This document shows, in pieces, positions 1 through 8,415 of a stretch of 25,371 bases of DNA. The notes beneath the pieces were generated by a model. It was not told the origin of the DNA, made no database searches, and saw only the letters and a program-made list of their open reading frames with translations. The stretch covers positions 1-25,371 of IMG/VR virus record IMGVR_UViG_3300025769_000766; one strand, given 5' to 3'. The position numbers and the translations under genes were made by a program. The stretch's first letter is position 1; every line of letters begins with the position of its first letter. Source of the stretch: a virus. Lineage: Duplodnaviria > Caudoviricetes.

Positions 1-2
1 TA

Positions 3-578
3 CATCATTGTACACCTTGGAGAGGTTTAAATGTTTTATTACGTGCTATGCAAGAAATTGAAAACCCTAATATAAAATTAGATGTTTATAGTTCATGTAA
101 AGTTTACGGATCTGAATTTGAAAAAAATACTGAAAAAGATTTTGAAGCGCTATATGAACAAGCTAGAAAATTACCCAATGTAAATTATATTGGTTATAAA
201 CCGAATGAATATATTAGAGAAGTAATGCCTAGCTACGATATGTTTGTATACCCATCTATATTTGAAGAAACATCATGTGCATCAGCACTTGAAGCATTAG
301 CTTCTGGCGTACATGTTATTACTAATAACTTTGGAGCTTTGTATGAAACATGTGCAGAGTGGCCTGTATACATTAATTACTCAACAAATTATGAACAAAT
401 GGCACAAGATACTGCAGGAGCAATCAATATAGCTGCTGATTATTTGCATGAGGGTTTCATGCAAGACCACCTGGAGGAACAACAAAAGTTTTATAAAAGA
501 TTTTATAACTGGCAAAAAAAGGGTATGGAGTGGACAAACTTTTTGAAAGGAGCTTTGAATGAAAGAAACAATAAATGA
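3..578 (+). CDS. Glycosyltransferase, GT-B fold (GT4-like), 5'-truncated by the window edge
   Basis: The frame is open from base 3 (HHCTPWRGLNVLLRAM...). It has DMFVYPSIFEETSCASALEALASG, the EX7E motif of retaining GT-B enzymes, followed by VITNNFGALYET. Confidence 0.85.
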   Translation, partial: HHCTPWRGLNVLLRAMQEIENPNIKLDVYSSCKVYGSEFEKNTEKDFEALYEQARKLPNVNYIGYKPNEYIREVMPSYDMFVYPSIFEETSCASALEALASGVHVITNNFGALYETCAEWPVYINYSTNYEQMAQDTAGAINIAADYLHEGFMQDHLEEQQKFYKRFYNWQKKGMEWTNFLKGALNERNNK

Positions 579-1440
579 GGATACTTACCAAACACTTAAA
601 GAAGTTGAGGTAACCCCATACGAGAAAGCCACTCTTCCTATGTGGAAACCGGACACCGGACAAAAAGAAACAAAGAAAGTAGTTAAATCAAAATACAGCC
701 TAATGATTTGCACACCTTGTCATAGTGATGTGACTATGCATTACACACAAGCTCTTCTAGAACTACAACAACTTTGTATTAAAAAAGGAATTAAAATTAC
801 ATTTACTTTATTAAAATCATCTTTGGTAACGCAAGGAAGAAACTTATGTACTTCAGCTTTTCTAGAGTCAAGTTGTACACACATGTTATTTGTAGATTCG
901 GATATATATTTTAGAGCAGACTCTATTATAAAAATGTTAGATTTGGATAAAGAATTGATATCTATTCCTTATCCTCTTAAAACAATGATGTGGGATAAAC
1001 TTTATAAAAAATGGAACGATGGTGAAGTAAAAAACCCTGGAGACATACATAGATGGTTGAATACTTATCCTATGAGAGTAGAGAACCCAGAGAATATAAA
1101 ACTAGATAATGGTGTTATGGAAGTTACACATAGTCCTACAGGATGTATGATGATCAACAGAAGCGTGTTTGACAAGATGATAGAAAAATACCCAGACAAA
1201 AACATAGTTCAAAAGACAGTAATAAATGGGGAGTACGTAGATAGACCTAATCTATGGAACTTTTTTGATTGTATACACGACCCTGAAACAAAGACTTATA
1301 TGGGTGAAGATTTCTCATTCTGTAAGCTTTGGAAAGATATTGGTGGTAAATGCTATGTATATGTTAATGACCCAATCATCCATGTGGGGGAACACCAATA
1401 CGAAGGTTGTTTTTTAGATGAGTTGAAACTAGCCAAGTAA
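559..1440 (+). CDS. Glycosyltransferase-like protein, GT-A fold
   Basis: SLVTQGRNLC, DxD motif THMLFVDSDI, TGCMMINRSVF, GEDFSFC..W and a C-terminal HVG, all typical of phage GT2-like proteins. Confidence 0.75.
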   Translation: MKETINEDTYQTLKEVEVTPYEKATLPMWKPDTGQKETKKVVKSKYSLMICTPCHSDVTMHYTQALLELQQLCIKKGIKITFTLLKSSLVTQGRNLCTSAFLESSCTHMLFVDSDIYFRADSIIKMLDLDKELISIPYPLKTMMWDKLYKKWNDGEVKNPGDIHRWLNTYPMRVENPENIKLDNGVMEVTHSPTGCMMINRSVFDKMIEKYPDKNIVQKTVINGEYVDRPNLWNFFDCIHDPETKTYMGEDFSFCKLWKDIGGKCYVYVNDPIIHVGEHQYEGCFLDELKLAK

Positions 1441-1476
1441 AATGGTATTATTTTTACTTTAAGATCTTAAAAGGAG
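1423..1476 (+). promoter_or_regulatory. Sigma70-type promoter, palindrome and RBS for the internal-virion operon
   Basis: TTGAAA (1423-1428), 17 nt spacer, TATTAT (1446-1451) with an extended TG at 1443-1444. Perfect palindrome TTTAAGATCTTAAA at 1458-1471 and SD AGGAG at 1472-1476. Confidence 0.65.
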
Positions 1477-1486
1477 AATATATTTA

Positions 1487-2464
1487 ATGCTACAATTCTT
1501 ACCCTATGCACTAGCCGCTTACGGTGGTTATAAAGGATATAAATCAAGTAAAGACGCAGGTGGTTCAGGGATCCAAAGATTACTTGGAGGAGTTACCGGA
1601 GCAGCCATGGGATATTATGGTGGTAAAGGTGTTTTAGCAGGAGGATCTAAATTAGGTTTACCAGGCATGCAAACAGCTTACAGTAATTTTACTCCATTCA
1701 CTTCATTACCTGGAATGGATAAAGTACCTTTTATGAATGCTAAAGATGCTATGATTGATGGAGAACCGGATAAAAGAAACATGCTTCAAAAACTTCTACA
1801 AAGAAAAAGAATGGTAGATGGAGAATTTACAGGAGAGTACGAATTTGATCCTACAAAAGCAGGTATAGCAGCAGGAAGTTTAGCTTATTTATCTGGAGCA
1901 TTTAAACAACAACCAATAGATCAGTTCCAACCAACTTACAATTTAGGTTATGCTGAGTTCGCGGAGAACTCGCCTGGTTATTCATATATTGATCCAACTA
2001 CTGGAGAAGAAAAAAAATATGAAAAAGTTTATATACCTGAAGCAAATAGACCTGATAATGTTGAGAGAATGGGTCCTTACGAAATCGCAAGAACAAGATT
2101 AAAAACAGGGGGCTTAGCTGAAATAAAAAAATTCAATGAAGGTGGTATAAATTATCTTCCATCAAAAGTTTCACACGATGAAAACGATGCTAACAATTAT
2201 GTTAGAGCTTCTGGATATGTTGAAGATGGTGCGGGTGTTGGAGATAAGGATGAAGATACAATGTTAGCTCAATTAGCAGATGGGGAATTTGTAACACGTG
2301 CAGATGGTGTATTAGGTGCTGGAATTATTGCTGGAGCAAATCCGAATAGCATGAAAGATATGAGAGAAAAAGGTGCTCAATATTTTTACGATCAGCAAAA
2401 GAAATATAAAAGAGTGTTTGATTTAATTAAGGATAATAATGAAGCAAACAAAGAAAAAAATTAA
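1487..2464 (+). CDS. Putative internal virion/ejection protein
   Basis: Gly/Ala-rich hydrophobic N-terminus, KKFNEGG, and DKDEDTMLAQLADGEFV, which resembles the 'D.ipA.LsDGEFV' motif of phage virion proteins. Strong SD. Confidence 0.6.
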   Translation: MLQFLPYALAAYGGYKGYKSSKDAGGSGIQRLLGGVTGAAMGYYGGKGVLAGGSKLGLPGMQTAYSNFTPFTSLPGMDKVPFMNAKDAMIDGEPDKRNMLQKLLQRKRMVDGEFTGEYEFDPTKAGIAAGSLAYLSGAFKQQPIDQFQPTYNLGYAEFAENSPGYSYIDPTTGEEKKYEKVYIPEANRPDNVERMGPYEIARTRLKTGGLAEIKKFNEGGINYLPSKVSHDENDANNYVRASGYVEDGAGVGDKDEDTMLAQLADGEFVTRADGVLGAGIIAGANPNSMKDMREKGAQYFYDQQKKYKRVFDLIKDNNEANKEKN

Positions 2465-2903
2465 ACCATTAGTAAATGTAATATCTGTTGAACCTAAAGA
2501 TGTCGAGAGATTTTGGCCCTTAACAGAATTTATGGTTGCTGAGGCATTAAAATATTCTGGTCAGTATGCAAATTCAAAACATATTTATGATTATTTAAAA
2601 AAAGATTTGATGCAATGTTTTATTATGTTTGGTTCAGATGAAATGGAAGAGAATAAAGTTTTTGGGGTAGGTATTACTAGAGTATCGGAAATGCCTAATT
2701 TTAGTCAACTAGAGATTGTCATATGTACTGGTAAAAGAAGGGACTTATGGGAGGATCAATTTGTTGATATAATAACGAAGTTTGCAAAAAGTAACAATTG
2801 TAAACGCTTATGTCTTTGGGCTAGACCTGGTTGGGAAAAAGTTTCCAAAAAATGGGGATGGCAAAAGAAACATGTACAACTAGAGAAATGGATAAATAAA
2901 TGA
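2439..2903 (+). CDS. GNAT-like protein in the virion operon (position of T7 gp13-type genes)
   Basis: 154 aa with ...FAKSNNCKRLCLWARPGWEKV..KWGW, which resembles the GNAT C-terminal pattern. It lies between ejection-type genes. Confidence 0.5.
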   Translation: MKQTKKKIKPLVNVISVEPKDVERFWPLTEFMVAEALKYSGQYANSKHIYDYLKKDLMQCFIMFGSDEMEENKVFGVGITRVSEMPNFSQLEIVICTGKRRDLWEDQFVDIITKFAKSNNCKRLCLWARPGWEKVSKKWGWQKKHVQLEKWINK

Positions 2904-3754
2904 GTTTTATAGGCGGATTATTTGGAGGCGGTGGACAACCACAATCTTCTCCTACATCACAAACAACTTTTGTAAGAGAAGCACCAGGCATAGAAGAAAG
3001 AAAAATAGAATTGATGGACATTGCGCGACAGGTAGCGCAAAAACCAGTTAATCTCCCAGACTATCAAGTAGCAGGATTAGGTGCTTTAGAAAGACAAGGA
3101 ATTCAAGCAGCCGGGCAAACAGGTGTCGGAAGTGGTGCGGTTGGTCAAGGTATAACTGGAGTACAAGGAGCAATGGCTCCTGTAGGTGCTCAACAAATAT
3201 CTCAATATTTAAATCCTTATCAACAATATGTTACAGATGAAATTTCAAGACAAGGACAAATGATGCAACAACAACTAGGAGCTAAAGCAATAGGTGCTGG
3301 AGCTTTTGGTGGTGGAAGAGAAGGTGTACAACAAGCAGAATTACAAGGTAGAACTTTATCTGAAATGGGTAGAGCACAAGCTCAAGGATTTAATACAGCA
3401 TTGCAAGCAGCACAGAATCAACAAAGAGTTGGTTTACAAGGTGGGCAATTATTAGGTGCGTTAGGCGCACAACAACAACAAATGGCTCAGGGAGACATAC
3501 AACAAATGATGGCTGCAGGAGGATTAGAAAGACAATTAGCTCAAGCAGCACTTGATGCACAAAGACAATCTACATTACAACAACAATACGAACCATATCA
3601 AAGAGCAGAGTTCTTAAAAAATATGTACGCAGCTGGGCCTACTACTCAATCTTCAATTACAATGGGAACTGCGCCAGGGGCGGCTCCGTTAGCACAATCA
3701 ATAGGTACAGGTTTAGGAGCTTTCCAAGCATTCTCAGGAACAAGGCAGGCGTAA
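2900..3754 (+). CDS. Putative DNA pilot/ejection protein (Gln/Gly/Ala-rich)
   Basis: MSFIGGLFGGGG start, YLNPYQQYV, GAGAFGGGR, Gln-rich helices and a C-terminal GTGLGAF. ATGA overlap with the upstream gene. Confidence 0.65.
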   Translation: MSFIGGLFGGGGQPQSSPTSQTTFVREAPGIEERKIELMDIARQVAQKPVNLPDYQVAGLGALERQGIQAAGQTGVGSGAVGQGITGVQGAMAPVGAQQISQYLNPYQQYVTDEISRQGQMMQQQLGAKAIGAGAFGGGREGVQQAELQGRTLSEMGRAQAQGFNTALQAAQNQQRVGLQGGQLLGALGAQQQQMAQGDIQQMMAAGGLERQLAQAALDAQRQSTLQQQYEPYQRAEFLKNMYAAGPTTQSSITMGTAPGAAPLAQSIGTGLGAFQAFSGTRQA

Positions 3755-5110
3755 ATGAATAAAGTTTTATTAAGACCTTTATTTAGAGAGGCGTACTTAA
3801 AAAAAACTGAAAAAAAATTACCTGTTAAAAAATTTAACGTAGGGGGATTTTCTAAGGTAGAAAAAAGAAATCTACTTCTAACTCCTATTACGTCAGCGTT
3901 ATTACAAGCAAGAAGAATGCCTGGAGAAAGTCAGCTAGGTTCTGTATTCAGAAGTATTGGTAAGGGTATGGAGAAATTACCACAAACACAATTAGCTATT
4001 AAACAAATAGAACTTGAAGAACAAGCAAGAGAAGAAAGAAAAAAGGAAAAAAAATTTGCATCTTCTAAAAAAGTATTAGATCAAGATACAGGTAAAGTAA
4101 TTTTTGCAGACGAAGAAACTATTCAAACAACATACTCATCAAAACAACCGAATCAATTTAGATATGTTCCAGTGCCTGATGCTGAAAAGGCAGGTAAACC
4201 TACGAAAGTTTTTGATACAGAAACACAAAGCGTAGCCTATGCTCCACAAGGAGATATTTTAACTGCTAAAAATTCTAGTGGAGAGTTAAGATATTTACCA
4301 GTAGGAAAAGAAGATTCTTTGGTTAAAGCTTACCCTATAATAGACGGAGTACAAAGCGATACTTCTCAATTTGTAACAAAATCACAAATTTTAGAAAACC
4401 CAGAAGGGTTTGTTCCTGTTGAAGGTAATTTAGAAATGATGATGAAAATGAAAGACATCGATAGAATGAAAAAACAAAAAACAGATGCAGAAAATGCTAT
4501 GTTAGCGGCTAGAGATGTTGGGGAAATTATTACTAGAATTGAAAAAGATGTAGCTAAACAAGGCGCTTTCACTGGTAATGCAGCAGATACAGTATTAGCT
4601 ATAACAGGCATGACAGGATTTATTGATTCTTTTGTAAGCAGAAACAAACAAAAAGAAGGCAAACTATTTACTCAACAGTATCAAGATACCGAAGATGCAA
4701 TAGGTCAATTAACAAACGAAGATAGTCCTAACTTTAATGCAAAAATAACTGCCTACTTAAATGCACCAGAAACACAGGCAGCAAAAACATCTATCATTAA
4801 TTTAGCTTACGCAATTGCTAAAGCTAGAGAGCCTGGTGGAAGATTTAGTGTACCTGATATTGAATTAGCTTTACAATCAATTGGAGAAAGTTCTAACAAA
4901 CAAACTTTCTTAGCAGGTTTAAGAAGAATAGGATTAGAGATAACAGGTAGAGCACTAACAGATTATGAAACTATATTTAATGTAACAAGAGATGAAATAC
5001 CAAAAGGATATAACAAGGTTGGTGATCAATATAATTATTTCTCAGGTGTACAATTTACTGAACAAGATAAAAATAAGATAGACCCTAAAAATTTATTTGG
5101 AGCAAACTAA
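3755..5110 (+). CDS. Putative internal virion/ejection protein with three internal ~40-aa repeats
   Basis: Starts immediately after the upstream stop. N-terminal LLRPLFR and KKFNVGG, three KV.D...RY.PV-like repeats, C-terminal PGGRFSVPDIE. Confidence 0.6.
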   Translation: MNKVLLRPLFREAYLKKTEKKLPVKKFNVGGFSKVEKRNLLLTPITSALLQARRMPGESQLGSVFRSIGKGMEKLPQTQLAIKQIELEEQAREERKKEKKFASSKKVLDQDTGKVIFADEETIQTTYSSKQPNQFRYVPVPDAEKAGKPTKVFDTETQSVAYAPQGDILTAKNSSGELRYLPVGKEDSLVKAYPIIDGVQSDTSQFVTKSQILENPEGFVPVEGNLEMMMKMKDIDRMKKQKTDAENAMLAARDVGEIITRIEKDVAKQGAFTGNAADTVLAITGMTGFIDSFVSRNKQKEGKLFTQQYQDTEDAIGQLTNEDSPNFNAKITAYLNAPETQAAKTSIINLAYAIAKAREPGGRFSVPDIELALQSIGESSNKQTFLAGLRRIGLEITGRALTDYETIFNVTRDEIPKGYNKVGDQYNYFSGVQFTEQDKNKIDPKNLFGAN

Positions 5111-8100
5111 TGGCACTTTTATCAGTAGCAAATGTTGACGAATACAGACAGCAGTATGCAGAGGAATTAGCTGCGCAAGAAGAAAAATTAGGAGCACCTA
5201 TAAGTAATGAATTGATTACAGAAAAAATATATGGTGTTATATCTCAAAAAGCAGATGTAGATTATTTTTCTTTTTACAAAGCTTTTAATCCAGATGGTAA
5301 ATATTCTAATATAGATTCTTTTAGGGAAACAATTAAAGATAAAGATTTAAACGATACGGAAATTATAAACAAAGCTTACGGTGAGTTACAAAACACAGGT
5401 AAAGTAAGATTTAAAGATTTTGTAAATACCTTTGCACCTAAAGAAGAAGATTTAAGTGAAGCAGTAAAAAGAGATTTTAATATTATTGGTTTAAATATAC
5501 CGGATGTGGAATACTCAGTGAAAGAAATAGCGGAAATGAGAGGAGTTAATCCTGATACAGATGTAGGATTAGCGGAAATAGGCTTTGCACAAAGCTTAGC
5601 AAGAAATGATGCTAACGAAGTTTTAGCTTCTAAAAAAGTTTTATCAGATTATTTTGGCCAAGAAATTCCACTAAGATATGGCCCCGAAACAGAAGAGTTA
5701 GAATTTTTAAATCCTAAAACAGGAGACTATGAATTATTAAATAAACCAGGCATAGATGCTGGGGATATGGCAAAGTTTGGATCAACTGCAGCGGTTATAG
5801 TTCCAGAAATTGTTGCTACAATATTTGCAACTGGTGCTACAGGACCTACAGGAGGTGTAATTACCTCAGCAGCTACGAGTGCTGCATTAGAAACAGCTAG
5901 ACTTGCTCTAGGTCATCAACTTTATGGTATCAACCAAACAGAAAAAGGTTTTACTGATTACCTTAAAAATGAAGGTAAAGACATGGCTGTTTTAAACGGA
6001 GCGCTAACAACAGCTGGTTTTACTGTACCTAAACTTTATCGAATGATTAAACAATTTAGAAATATGGGTAAAATAAATGCTTCTGATTTTGGTGGGACAA
6101 TTAAAAATGCGGAACAAGCTCAAGAATTAATTACAAAAATAAATGATAGATTAATAACTTTAGGTACTAAGAAAAAATTAAAATTTACATTAGGACAAGC
6201 AGGAGATGACGCTGAACTACTAGCATTACAAAACGCTTATGAAAGCAATCCTAAATATGGTGTAAAAGGAATTTTTGATAGTTTTAATAAGGAACAAGCT
6301 GAAGCATTAGATACATTTTTTCTTTTAGCAAGTGATCCATATAACTACAAAGGTATATCAGGTAAAGATAATATATTATCAGATGAGTTAGGTAAAAAAA
6401 TACAAAATGTAATCCTTCAAAGATTAGAACCTAGACAAAAAATATTAACTAAAGCTTTAGAAGCAGCAGAAACAGATTTAACTGAAGCAGTTATAAAACT
6501 TCCGGGAGGATCTCAAAAAGAAGCAGGACAATCTATTAGGGGAGTGATTGATACCTTGTATAAGGATTTTGATGAGCTTTACGATCAAAAGTACACAACT
6601 CTTTTTGCAACAGGTAAAGGAAGAAAAGTAGGTACTGATATAATAAGAGAAGCGGTGAAGAGTTTAAACAAAAGACAAAAAGATACATTATTTAAAAAAT
6701 ACCCAGATATAAAAACTTTTTTTAATGCACCTAAAGGTAAAACAGTATCAGTTAATACGTTAAAAAATACTTTAAGTGATTTAAGAAAATTTGATAGAAG
6801 TATTAAAAAAGGAACATTACCAATAGAGGGAGAACCTGTAGAGGGTGCTGTATCAAAGTTAATAGGCTCTATAAAAGAGCAGTTTAAAAAAAGCTTAGGT
6901 CAAGACGATGTTTGGTATAAACAGTTTAGAACACTAGATCAAGAATACGCTACTAATAAAAAACTATATAGAGGAACCATAGGAAAATTATTACAAACAA
7001 AAGATGGTGTTTTAAAAATAGCAGACGAAGATGTGTTTGCTCAAACCTTTAAAAAAGGTGCTGGTCAAGAAATGAGAATAGATCAGATTTATGAATTATT
7101 AAAAAGAAAACCAGAATTTATCCAAACTTACAAAGACTCTATATTGAAATCTTATAAAACATTTGTAGATCCTGCAGACACTGGAAAGATTAATTTAGTA
7201 AAACATCAAAAATTTTTAAATGATTACAAATACGCTCTTGAAACATTCTTTGGTAAAAAAGGTTATAAAGAGATTACTAAAGTTGGTAACTTAGCTAAAA
7301 AAGTTAATGAAACATCTCTCAAAAGAGATAAAATAATGAAACAACTGGGAACTACTACAAAAGGTAAATTAGAGAATATGGACCCAGATAAAATTTTTCA
7401 ATACTTATACAATAATAAATCACCTACAACTTTAAATAAAGTTATGACGATTATCAGACAGGATGATAATTTATTGAAAGCTTTTCAAACAGTTGCCAAG
7501 GACGATTTAATGTTTAAAGCAACTAACAATAGAGGGCAATTTGTATTCGATAAGTTTGCAGATTATATGAAAAATAATAAACAAATTTTAGAAAGAACTT
7601 TTGCTGACAACCCTCAGTACGTAAAAGATTTATCTTTGTTTAGAGATGCTTTGGAAGTAACAACTAGAAAATCAACTCAAAAAACTATTAGTAAAGCAGA
7701 AACTGCTTTAAATGATATTATTAGAGCTAGACTTGGACAATTTACAGTAGCAGGTAGAACATTTACCGCTTTGAAAAAAATATTTAGATCGGATATTGAT
7801 AGACAATTAGCAGAAATAATGACAGATCCTAAAAAATTAGATCAACTTCTAAGTTTAAAGAATGTGAAAACAACTTCAGACACAGCTAAACAAACTATAT
7901 CTAGATTGTTCGGTTACTATATGTTTGATGAAAAATTCTTTGAGGATGATGAATACAGTCCATTAATTATTGATGCAGTCAATAACACAAAAGTATCCGA
8001 AGCTGTAATTGATGCGCAAGAAGGAGATGATCCAGTAGAATTAGCAGAATTAGAAGGTAGTAAATTACCTTTAAACTTGACAGCAAGTACAGCTGCTCCA

Positions 8101-8223
8101 GGAGCAATGCCACCAATGGCCCAACCTCAAGGAATAGCGGGAGTGCAGTCAAGACAAAACTATGAAGCAATGTTCCCTGACGATGCTTTAGGAACAGCTA
8201 TATCGAAAAGAGGAATCGCATAA
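5110..8223 (+). CDS. Large internal virion/ejection protein (1037 aa)
   Basis: Largest gene of the operon, TAATG-coupled. Mostly helical, with a small-residue hydrophobic segment (AAVIVPEIVATIFATGATGPTGGVITSAATSAA) and C-terminal YEAMFPDD. Size and position match podovirus ejection proteins. Confidence 0.65.
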   Translation: MALLSVANVDEYRQQYAEELAAQEEKLGAPISNELITEKIYGVISQKADVDYFSFYKAFNPDGKYSNIDSFRETIKDKDLNDTEIINKAYGELQNTGKVRFKDFVNTFAPKEEDLSEAVKRDFNIIGLNIPDVEYSVKEIAEMRGVNPDTDVGLAEIGFAQSLARNDANEVLASKKVLSDYFGQEIPLRYGPETEELEFLNPKTGDYELLNKPGIDAGDMAKFGSTAAVIVPEIVATIFATGATGPTGGVITSAATSAALETARLALGHQLYGINQTEKGFTDYLKNEGKDMAVLNGALTTAGFTVPKLYRMIKQFRNMGKINASDFGGTIKNAEQAQELITKINDRLITLGTKKKLKFTLGQAGDDAELLALQNAYESNPKYGVKGIFDSFNKEQAEALDTFFLLASDPYNYKGISGKDNILSDELGKKIQNVILQRLEPRQKILTKALEAAETDLTEAVIKLPGGSQKEAGQSIRGVIDTLYKDFDELYDQKYTTLFATGKGRKVGTDIIREAVKSLNKRQKDTLFKKYPDIKTFFNAPKGKTVSVNTLKNTLSDLRKFDRSIKKGTLPIEGEPVEGAVSKLIGSIKEQFKKSLGQDDVWYKQFRTLDQEYATNKKLYRGTIGKLLQTKDGVLKIADEDVFAQTFKKGAGQEMRIDQIYELLKRKPEFIQTYKDSILKSYKTFVDPADTGKINLVKHQKFLNDYKYALETFFGKKGYKEITKVGNLAKKVNETSLKRDKIMKQLGTTTKGKLENMDPDKIFQYLYNNKSPTTLNKVMTIIRQDDNLLKAFQTVAKDDLMFKATNNRGQFVFDKFADYMKNNKQILERTFADNPQYVKDLSLFRDALEVTTRKSTQKTISKAETALNDIIRARLGQFTVAGRTFTALKKIFRSDIDRQLAEIMTDPKKLDQLLSLKNVKTTSDTAKQTISRLFGYYMFDEKFFEDDEYSPLIIDAVNNTKVSEAVIDAQEGDDPVELAELEGSKLPLNLTASTAAPGAMPPMAQPQGIAGVQSRQNYEAMFPDDALGTAISKRGIA

Positions 8224-8414
8224 TGACTAAATCAGCTCTAGAAAAAATTGAGTCTCACGAAAAATTATGTAGAATAATGCAAAAACAAACACACGATAGA
8301 ATGGAAAAAATAGAAGGTTCCATTGGAAGAATAGAAAAAATATTAATAGGCTGTGCTAGTGGTTTACTAGCCGGTATGGGTTTTATTATTTTTGAACTAC
8401 TGACAAGGATATGA
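8223..8414 (+). CDS. Small coiled-coil plus transmembrane protein (XhlA/holin-like)
   Basis: HEKLC...MEKIEGSIGRIEK coiled coil followed by hydrophobic ILIGCASGLLAGMGFIIFELL. TAATG-coupled. Confidence 0.55.
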   Translation: MTKSALEKIESHEKLCRIMQKQTHDRMEKIEGSIGRIEKILIGCASGLLAGMGFIIFELLTRI

Positions 8415-8415
8415 A

